In this document: in pieces, positions 9,242 through 16,300 of the stretch
Numbering within the stretch: the stretch's first letter is position 1
How the letters are laid out: each line of letters opens with the position of its first letter
IMG/VR virus record: IMGVR_UViG_3300028215_000034
Origin: an uncultured virus (IMG/VR IMGVR_UViG_3300028215_000034)
Lineage: Duplodnaviria > Heunggongvirae > Uroviricota > Caudoviricetes > Schitoviridae
DNA: 20,000 bases
Reading direction: 5' to 3' (one strand)
Translations under genes and position numbers: made by a program
The notes under the pieces: generated by a model
Databases searched by the model: none
Told to the model about the DNA's origin: nothing
What the model saw: the letters and a program-made list of their open reading frames with translations, nothing else

Positions 9242-9687
9242 ACACACGAACGCCTGAAGAAATTCGTAGGCTTGTTGCTGTAGCAGATAACGAAATAAAC
9301 AGTATTTCACTTTTACTATTTAACGCCCTTAGTCGTGCTAACGCGTTACGCGAAGGAAGCAAAGTATATGAAAACCCTGCCGCGTGTAATGAGTTGGATG
9401 CGCTCTGTCAGTACATTGCTATGGCAACAGGCGCCCTCGGAGAAGTTGCCGATTACAACCGAGAGTTTGAAACAACGGCCGATGTTATTGAAGCAGAAGA
9501 TGACAGTGGACCTGGCCCTGACAATCTTATTGATGATTGCCACCAGAAGCTCAAAGCTGGGCTGGCTGGTCTGGGGCCTGGAGAAAGTTATTCCATTACT
9601 GTCAGAAAAGACGTGGAAAATGTCGTTACCACAGACATGTCAGCAAAAGAGTTTGCTAAACGATTTAGACAAAACTACCAAGCATAA
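9238..9687 (+). CDS. Hypothetical protein
   Basis: GTGA overlap, RBS GGAGG at 9226-9230, 149 aa. Confidence 0.7.
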   Translation: MNTRTPEEIRRLVAVADNEINSISLLLFNALSRANALREGSKVYENPAACNELDALCQYIAMATGALGEVADYNREFETTADVIEAEDDSGPGPDNLIDDCHQKLKAGLAGLGPGESYSITVRKDVENVVTTDMSAKEFAKRFRQNYQA

Positions 9688-9694
9688 ATAAAAA

Positions 9695-9777
9695 GAATGT
9701 TTAATTAATTAAGTAACCGCCTTTCATATATAGGTTGTATTGGGTAGTATTGCCCAACTTACTTAATTAGGACATTC
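9695..9777 (+). promoter_or_regulatory. Structured 5' leader (branched fold) pairing over the RBS of ORF 9780
   Basis: GAATGTTT (9695-9702) pairs with GGACATTC (9770-9777); TAATTAAGTAA (9706-9716) is a perfect inverted repeat of TTACTTAATTA (9759-9769); inner hairpin TTGGGTA-GTAT-TGCCCAA (9740-9757). Confidence 0.55.
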
Positions 9778-9779
9778 AA

Positions 9780-10004
9780 ATGGCTGTTGCAATTACCGAT
9801 AAAAACTACCTTCCAAACGCAAATAGCATTATCAATGGTAATGCTGAATTGACCGCTGTATCTCGTAGAAACAAATTGTCTTGGGCATTGCCTGGAGGTG
9901 GGTTTACTTCGTCTAGACCATTTGCAATGGCTTATGCTTCACGAATGAACAGACTGATTACCGATAACATGAGAAAGCAAAATGTAAGTTTGCTTTGGTC
10001 ATAA
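9780..10004 (+). CDS. Small basic phage protein (DUF1317-like)
   Basis: WALPGG followed by an A..A.RMN helix resembles DUF1317; RBS AGGA at 9769-9772. Confidence 0.6.
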   Translation: MAVAITDKNYLPNANSIINGNAELTAVSRRNKLSWALPGGGFTSSRPFAMAYASRMNRLITDNMRKQNVSLLWS

Positions 10005-10016
10005 CGATTAATTAAC

Positions 10017-10133
10017 TGATGGGTTGTCTTCCTTTATCCCATCAATCCGCAGTTAAGTTCTTCATTACCGTGAGGCCCTTAACTGTCTTGTTTGCCCCGA
10101 CCTGGACTACAAAACCGGTGTCGGGGCTTTTTT
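10017..10133 (+). ncRNA. Candidate three-hairpin small RNA ending in an intrinsic terminator
   Basis: Stem 1: TGATGGG (10017-10023)/CCCATCA (10038-10044) with a CU-rich loop. Stem 2: GCAGTTAAG (10049-10057)/CTTAACTGT (10078-10086) with inner CTTCA/TGAGG. Stem 3: the terminator. Confidence 0.55.
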
Positions 10134-10137
10134 ATTT
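10094..10137 (+). terminator. Rho-independent terminator
   Basis: GCCCCGAC (10094-10101)/GTCGGGGC (10120-10127), inner CTGG/CCGG, followed by TTTTTTATTT. Confidence 0.85.
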
Positions 10138-10150
10138 AAGGAACATCAAT

Positions 10151-10342
10151 ATGCCACAACCAGATACAACCATTGCCGTGGTACTTAGCCGCGCAGAAAT
10201 TACAGAGTTACTTGAAGCGTGTCGGTTCGCCGCACCTATGAGTAATGCCTTCAATAACCCACATTTCAAGAATGCTAAGGCCAAGCTACAACGGTCTGTC
10301 AAAGCCAGCAACGATACACAACCACAGGAAAAATCAGCATGA
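10151..10342 (+). CDS. Hypothetical protein (63 aa)
   Basis: ATG 10151 with RBS AAGGAA (10138-10143) just after the terminator; ATGA overlap with the next gene. Confidence 0.7.
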   Translation: MPQPDTTIAVVLSRAEITELLEACRFAAPMSNAFNNPHFKNAKAKLQRSVKASNDTQPQEKSA

Positions 10343-10899
10343 AAATTAAACCTACTACCATTAGTAAATACATCAAAGTTGGTAAGGCCCTGAGATCACT
10401 ACTCATGGTAGAAAACCGGATCGACTCCACCATCTTTTGTCTCCGTTACAACGTAACCGGTGGGTTTGTTGGTGAAATGGCTCGCGCTGGTTTTATTAAG
10501 AAAATCGGCGTAGGTACTTACGAATGGACTCACGATCTCGCCGTTACTACCGAGACCATCCGGGAAATGTTGGAAGTTCGTGAACAAAACAAACTGGCGC
10601 GTAGCATCAAGGCAGCTAAAAAGGTTGAAGCAGCTAATGACTGTGGAACCATGAAACAAGAAGGTATCGACTTTCTTGTGGCTAATGCTGCCGAGCCCAG
10701 GCTCAATTGGCCATGGGTTCAAGGTAGTAACGCAAAACCAATCGACCCTATGATTATGAATTTACCGTATGGCGATAACAGTACCACCACAGAAGTTAGT
10801 GAAGTGGACCCAAAGGACGTATCACGGTCTGAGCACGTCGAGCTACAGCAGCGTGTTGCAGCCCTGGAACAGTTGATTATTCGTCGAGGTGTCGCGTAA
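10339..10899 (+). CDS. Hypothetical protein (basic N-terminus, short C-terminal coiled coil)
   Basis: 186 aa; ends ELQQRVAALEQLI; translationally coupled to the upstream gene. Confidence 0.7.
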   Translation: MKIKPTTISKYIKVGKALRSLLMVENRIDSTIFCLRYNVTGGFVGEMARAGFIKKIGVGTYEWTHDLAVTTETIREMLEVREQNKLARSIKAAKKVEAANDCGTMKQEGIDFLVANAAEPRLNWPWVQGSNAKPIDPMIMNLPYGDNSTTTEVSEVDPKDVSRSEHVELQQRVAALEQLIIRRGVA

Positions 10900-10937
10900 C
10901 CCCAGACCCACTAAATTTAATGTAAAGGAGCAAGGCG

Positions 10938-11414
10938 ATGAGTGATGAACGACAAGCGTTTGAGCAACTGCATGCTATACCCAGCGGGGCTATATGGTGC
11001 GAGAAGCGTCATATTTACATACACAGAAACTATTCTGGTCTGGTTCTACACCCCATCAATGAAGCATTGGAAGCGTTCTGCGAAGGGGCGCGTTGGCAAG
11101 CCAGCCGCCAGGTTGACGGTGAGTCTGTGGCTTATCAATACTGGTGGCCAGAAAGCCCGAGACAGGTGACGGTGTGTAAAGCAAAAGACTTGCCAAGTGG
11201 CGGGCCTGACTTGATAGTTCAGCCGCTCTACACCCACCCTGCAAGCGCCGATGTGCCGGAAAAATGGCGCACAGTTATGAAAGAGCTTGCCGATGATGTT
11301 GAAAGCGAGGTTGAAGCCCGTAGGTCTGGCGAGCTTGACCGACGCATTGAGCGTGATCTGATTGTAGTGAAAGAAGCGAGAGTGTTACTTGACGAACAGG
11401 AGCAAGGCCAATGA
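10938..11414 (+). CDS. Modular phage hypothetical protein (Ead/Ea22-region type)
   Basis: Segments ERQAFE, WQASRQ, ESVAY and PLYTHPAS are shared with ORF 11622; strong RBS AAGGAG. Confidence 0.75.
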   Translation: MSDERQAFEQLHAIPSGAIWCEKRHIYIHRNYSGLVLHPINEALEAFCEGARWQASRQVDGESVAYQYWWPESPRQVTVCKAKDLPSGGPDLIVQPLYTHPASADVPEKWRTVMKELADDVESEVEARRSGELDRRIERDLIVVKEARVLLDEQEQGQ

Positions 11415-11629
11415 GCTTCGACTATTTGCGAAAAACCTACGGCGTACCTGCAAAGCGAGGCGGGCTCGTGATGATCAAGCTGGCCGAGGACTGGTATCCG
11501 GGGCGCATTGTCTCGGCGACTCATTACGTGAGAGTCAGACCAGACCACATGCCGCGTCACCGGTTCAACTTTCACCCGACTGATACTGACTTTTTGCGGT
11601 ACTGCGAACAGGAGCAAGGCGATGAGTGA
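11411..11629 (+). CDS. Phage hypothetical protein (72 aa)
   Basis: MSFDYLRKTYGVPAKRGG..FHPT; ATGA overlap; RBS AGGAG. Confidence 0.75.
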   Translation: MSFDYLRKTYGVPAKRGGLVMIKLAEDWYPGRIVSATHYVRVRPDHMPRHRFNFHPTDTDFLRYCEQEQGDE

Positions 11630-12110
11630 AGCAAGAAAGGCGTTTGAAGCGTGGGCAAAGTTAGCGTTTCCTCACATGAGTCTTTTAAAAAAAGGCGACA
11701 CGGATAAGTATGTTTATAAAACTGCCAACTTTGCATGTGAAGCATTTTGTGAAGGTGAAGCGTGGCAGGCCAGCCGCCAGGCGCTTGAGGGTGAGCCGGT
11801 GGCTTACATTACAGAACGCAAATTAGAATGGTTAAAGTCTGGCCCTGTGCTCTCAGCAGTTGTTTATAGAAAGCATTCAGAAGGCTCTATTCCGCTCTAT
11901 ACCCACCCTGCCAGCCGCCAGGCTGTGAGTGTGCCGGAGTGGATTAAGTGTAGTGATCGGCTACCTGCTGAATATGATGGGGATTTTGAAGGTTTGGTTT
12001 GGGTAAATGATCGAGATATGACGTTACCTAAATACGCACAGTCAAGGGTTCACTGGAGCCGTGTCCGTGGAATTGCTGGATACACGCACTGGATGCCAAC
12101 GGGGGTTTAG
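11622..12110 (+). CDS. Modular phage protein with C-terminal DUF551-like domain
   Basis: WIKCSDRLP ... THWMP hallmark. Likely true end at TGA 12142-12144 (TGFRRPQPPKQEGE*) if GGGGG at 12101-12105 is overcalled by one base. Confidence 0.75.
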   Translation: MSEARKAFEAWAKLAFPHMSLLKKGDTDKYVYKTANFACEAFCEGEAWQASRQALEGEPVAYITERKLEWLKSGPVLSAVVYRKHSEGSIPLYTHPASRQAVSVPEWIKCSDRLPAEYDGDFEGLVWVNDRDMTLPKYAQSRVHWSRVRGIAGYTHWMPTGV

Positions 12111-12225
12111 ACGCCCACAGCCGCCCAAGCAGGAGGGCGAGTGATGGTCAAACTGACACTAATGGATAAGCACTCTAGCGGCTGTCATGTTCTGGCCCTT
12201 TGGAGAACGGCCCAAGGAGAATTGT

Positions 12226-12513
12226 ATGGATGATCGTAGTTTGAACATCATGGCACGGCTTCAATCGCAGGTTGCAATACAAGATGCCAGGGTCCGGTCA
12301 GATCCAGTACCTTATTTACAGGAGGCACATAGCCTAATCTCTGAAGCGCACACATTACTGCAAGACCTGAAGTGGGTTCTGGACGGCTTAGATAGCTTCG
12401 ATATGATCCAAGAAATAGCGCCATTAATGGAGCCGAAAGACTTTAACGGCGAAGCGCTTCTGAGATGCCGGAAGGCCCATAAGATGATCCGCGCCTTTGA
12501 GGCCAAGAGATGA
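12226..12513 (+). CDS. Hypothetical protein
   Basis: ATG 12226 preceded by AAGGAG (12214-12219), preferred over ATG 12187; ATGA overlap downstream. Confidence 0.65.
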   Translation: MDDRSLNIMARLQSQVAIQDARVRSDPVPYLQEAHSLISEAHTLLQDLKWVLDGLDSFDMIQEIAPLMEPKDFNGEALLRCRKAHKMIRAFEAKR

Positions 12514-12698
12514 GCGAGCACATTAAAAACGAAGCTAATTGGCGGGACGGAACTATTGATGACATTCGAGCGTTTTTCGAAAACGGAATAGGCCGAGTGG
12601 AGCGGGCCAGGGTCTTTCACTCTGCGGTGTGCACAGATGCCCCGGCAATGGCCAGTCGCGGCAAGGGTAAGAAGCGGAAGCAATGGGAGGTCCGGTAA
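12510..12698 (+). CDS. Small hypothetical protein with basic C-terminus
   Basis: 62 aa, ATGA-coupled, ends RGKGKKRKQWEVR. Confidence 0.5.
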   Translation: MSEHIKNEANWRDGTIDDIRAFFENGIGRVERARVFHSAVCTDAPAMASRGKGKKRKQWEVR

Positions 12699-12741
12699 CT
12701 GATTCCTCCCCATTAAGTGGGATGCGCGCAGTTGGGGTGGG

Positions 12742-12750
12742 TGGTATGCT
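12742..12750 (+). promoter_or_regulatory. Possible sigma70 extended -10 element
   Basis: TG-G-TATGCT about 30 nt upstream of ATG 12780; poor -35 (ATGCGC). Confidence 0.35.
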
Positions 12751-12779
12751 CGAAAATCATGCTCTGAAAGGGAATTGAT

Positions 12780-13112
12780 ATGGGTATTTCAATCTGGCAG
12801 GTGGTCGTTTTTCTTGGCGGGAGCTTCATCCTGTTCGTCCCGTGCCTCGCGGCGCTGGCCTCCAGGAGAGTCAAAGGGTGGGATAAGGCGCTATGGGCTT
12901 TCTTGTCGCTTTGCTTGAGTTGGGTCGGTTACTTCGGGTATTACCTCCTTATGGTCCGAAAATCTGCCGACACCGCGGACGGGGCTTATTCGGCCAAAGA
13001 GGGGTGTAACTTGTTCGCCACCCCCGATTCATCCGGATTTCTGGTGGGGCGTTGGCGTTGCGACAGCAATCGCTGCCGCGGCTACACTTCGCCTTCGATT
13101 CTTTCGGGTTGA
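12780..13112 (+). CDS. Small two-TM membrane protein (C-terminal end uncertain)
   Basis: MGISIWQVVVFLGGSFILFVPCLAALA and ALWAFLSLCLSWVGYFGYYLL; RBS AAGGGA; the tail past residue ~65 looks out of frame. Confidence 0.6.
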   Translation: MGISIWQVVVFLGGSFILFVPCLAALASRRVKGWDKALWAFLSLCLSWVGYFGYYLLMVRKSADTADGAYSAKEGCNLFATPDSSGFLVGRWRCDSNRCRGYTSPSILSG

Positions 13113-13326
13113 CGAGTACCGTCAAATGTCATGGATGGACTGGTGCGGGCATTGCGCGCTGGTCGGGATCCTCACCATCTTTTCGACAGCGATAATAGAT
13201 TGGGAGATACTTAGAGCGGCGGGGGTGTTTCTGCTTATTCCACTCTACCCGATAGCCCTCCTTGGCCTGCTCTGCAAGCTGGACGATATGCTAACCAGCT
13301 TTGTGCGGGGATGGCGAAAGCGCTAA
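13011..13326 (+). CDS. Small membrane protein (about 3 TM); start uncertain
   Basis: The frame of ORF 13126 stays open upstream and encodes PIHPDFWWGVGVATAIAAAATLRL. It joins TTG 13011 (RBS GAGGGG) if the C-run at 13021-13025 is overcalled by one. Its stop overlaps the giant gene's stop. Confidence 0.5.
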
Positions 13327-16300
13327 TCTTCGGCCTCGTTGTACCGCTTGTTAAACTGGTCGATAGCTCTCTTCATCCGAAGCTCTATCTTGCGCAGCCT
13401 TTCATCCTGATCTTCTGCCGATAAGTCCATCGCCTCAATCCTGTCACGCTGATTGCGCAGGTTCTTCATGCGCGTTTCCACGGATTTCATGACGCCACTC
13501 AAGCGCATTTTCCCGCGATACTCCTTGATAAACTCAATCCGTTCTCTGCCCCGCAGGTTGTCGCGCTCATCGTGCAGCTGATTGATTTCATCGCGCCGGT
13601 CGTAGAACTTGGACTGGTCCTCGTAGGGCAAGACCTTGCCATTTAGCTTGCGATAAAACGCTATTTCTCGATCCTCAAGCTCAACCCCCTGCGCCAGCTT
13701 GGTGGCCATATTCGGGATACGGCTAGAATAGAATGTGTAAGCGGCGCCGCCAAAGTAGCCCACTAAATATTCCATGATGTCTGGGCTAAAATCGGCGCCA
13801 CCACTTCGGTATTCACTGCCCCCTGTCAATTCGTTTAGCCCTTTTGCTATTTTCTTGTACATCTCAGGAGTGCCCCTGGACGACAAGGCGCTGTCCGGCT
13901 TCGGAGTGCCAAACGGGAAGTTCTCTTTATAAATCCGCCCGCCCATGAAGTTTTCGTTCAGGGGAATAGCGACCAACGGCTTCAGGACCGTGGGCGTGAT
14001 GTTTTTTGCCGCAGAACCCACCACAGTTTCCGAATCCTCAAAGCCTATAGGCGAGAAGCTGCCAAGTGCCGCCAAAACGACGTTGCCAGAAATCTCACCA
14101 GCCGATTTGTTGCTGTTAATCAGGTCGTCCACGCTGAGGCCGATCACCGGGAATATGTTGTACCCGTAGGGCAGCGGGATTGTATGGAACGTCCCCGGAT
14201 CGCCACCGTAAATCGACTTCATGATTACAATGTTGCGCTCTTTCACGTAGTCGGGCACCTTGTCCCACCAGTTCACGCCATCATCATCATCGCCGGCAAC
14301 CATGCGCTGCAGCATGGAGTTGAAAAACCCGCCAATGGCCATCATCGCCCCGAGCTTTTGGGCTTTATTGAGGCGACTCCACATCTTGTCGCCTTTCTTA
14401 CCGTTGAGTCGGCCCATAGTGCGAATGAAGTTTGCGTTTCCCTGCACGGATGCGTTGGCGAACATGAAGAGCGCATTCATCGTGGCGCCTTGGGAGCCTC
14501 TGCGGTTAAAGTTTACGGTCATGTTCTTGGCAAGAGAGGATGCTTTATTCCTTGAAGCCCCGGCCTCAATGGCGTTGACGTAGGCAGAGAGCCGAACGCC
14601 GTTCTCAACTGCGGAGTTGCTGTCATCTACCCATTTGGCTATCGCGCTCGCAGCCTGCCGGGTAGTGTTCCACGCCCCGCCACTGGCCATGCCGATCTTT
14701 TTTCAAGATCCTTTACCTGGCCGTCCAAATCCTTCATATCAAAATAGCCAGTCTTGGCGCCGTCCGCCCGGAACCGGTCAAAGTGCGCTTGCCATTCACC
14801 TGACTTCCCGGTCAGCTGCTTGCCTTTCAGAGAGGCATTGATGGCACGAACCGCGATAGCGGTATCCTTTAAGGTCTTGGCAACAATTTTCTTGCGTCGC
14901 ACCAGTCCGTCGTCTGCCGACTGCTCGGACGTTAGGTTCAGAAGTGCAGTTTGAAGGTCGCGCGCAAAGTTTGTAACCGCAAACTCAGGAGAGTAAGCGG
15001 TATTGAGTGACGACATAGCCCGCGTGACCGGCCCCAGGGCCTTCACTATTAGGTTGTTATCCTCCACCCCGACATTGCTCATGGCGTTCATCAGGCGCTG
15101 ATCCTGATCGGTTCCGATCTTGATGTAGTAGGTTTTTCCGTCAACTTTCGTGGTGAAGTACCGGCCTCTGGCGATGGATGGAGGGATGGCTGTCTCTTTG
15201 TTCTCCAGACCTTTTTCCCGGTGACAGGATCTTTAACCGGTACCACCTTGCGCTCAACTTCAGGGTTCTCGTCTGTGAATATCTTCCAATAGCTATCATT
15301 GGGATAGTCGAGCACCAGATTCATAAACGCGTTGCCCACCTCGTTTTTGCGACGGCGAAGAACCGCCTCGGTCAAGTCGCTGATCGTGTTGGCTAGTGGC
15401 GAAGCCGCCCTCGATCTGCGCCCCGCTGCCATTCTGGACTCTTTGCCTGAAATCGAAAACCCCCTGCCAGCCTTGGGCATGGCCGTCTGTTCCTCGTCTG
15501 CGGCAAAGCCCTTCAGTGGCACGTAAAACTTATATGAAGCCTCCCACGCCCCCACGGTTTCCTCGTCCAGAAGGCCGGAGTTTTTCAGGATCTTGCGCCG
15601 CATTTCGGTCATTTTGTGAATTTTCTTGGCCAACTCAAAATACTGCGGCATTCTCCCGCTTTGATCCACGCGGCTGATAATCTCGGCTGCGGCGGCATTG
15701 GTCATACCTGATCCGCCGTCTTGCATGTTTGCTATACCGGGATTACGCTCAGCAATCACCTTGTTGCGCTCCGGCGCATGAAGGGCGTAAGCGAACTTAT
15801 CAAGCTGCTTCATGGTGATTTTATATTCGTTCATTTTCGCGGCCAGAGGGTCAACCATGTTTTCCTCGATCAACCGGAGGTCATCTTCGATCTTGCCGTG
15901 CATCCTTTCCTCGGTCCGATAGGCGTCCGAGCGTTCATCAATCTCCCCAAACTGATCGGCGATGTTTTTCTGGATACCCTTTAAAACCGTGTGCTTGTCT
16001 GCGAGTCGTGAGACAAGCCGGCGCACCATGGTATCGCTTGGCGGCCCAAACGGCTGCGGATCTGGCCCACGACTGAACCGAATGTCCGGGTTGCCCGAAT
16101 CGAAGGTGCCGTCGTTGCCAGTGGCGGACTTGATTTGGCTGGGGTTGAAGGCAATAACTTCCATGTATTCGTGATTTATAATTCCGTCATATCCCTCACG
16201 CTGCATTTCAGCAATCATTTCAGGTGTCAGGTATGCCGTGTTTTTGTCTCGATTTCTCGGGAATTTGCCCGGTCCTTTTTCGGACGTGCTCCGAAGCTTG

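Larger units (their letters stand above)
10926..11629 (+). repeat. Repeated gene-boundary motif AGGAGCAAGGC-(G/CA)-ATGAG (3 copies)
   Basis: AGGAGCAAGGCGATGAGTGA is identical at 10926-10945 and 11610-11629; CGAACAGGAGCAAGGC is identical at 11393-11408 and 11605-11620. Confidence 0.9.

Noticed and set aside
9695..9777. tRNA
   Set aside because: There is no T-loop (TTCG/TTCA) consensus, D-loop GG or cloverleaf geometry; it is reported as a structured leader instead.
10019..10150. N-terminal extension of ORF 10019..10342
   Set aside because: It runs through three hairpins and a terminator; ATG 10151 has a good RBS.
10926..11930. CRISPR array or integron attC cassettes
   Set aside because: The repeats are coding or RBS sequence, irregularly spaced and non-palindromic, and no cas or integrase gene is present.
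12144..12233. 29-aa ORF MVKLTLMDKHSSGCHVLALWRTAQGELYG
   Set aside because: It has an RBS and fits the gap, but is too short and featureless to support; it may be a remnant.
91..12713. Minus-strand and alternate-frame short ORFs in the left half
   Set aside because: They overlap well-supported, tightly coupled plus-strand genes.
12780..12860. TatA homologue (MGISIWQ start)
   Set aside because: It lacks the FG hinge and amphipathic helix (FG.KKL) and has a second TM segment instead.
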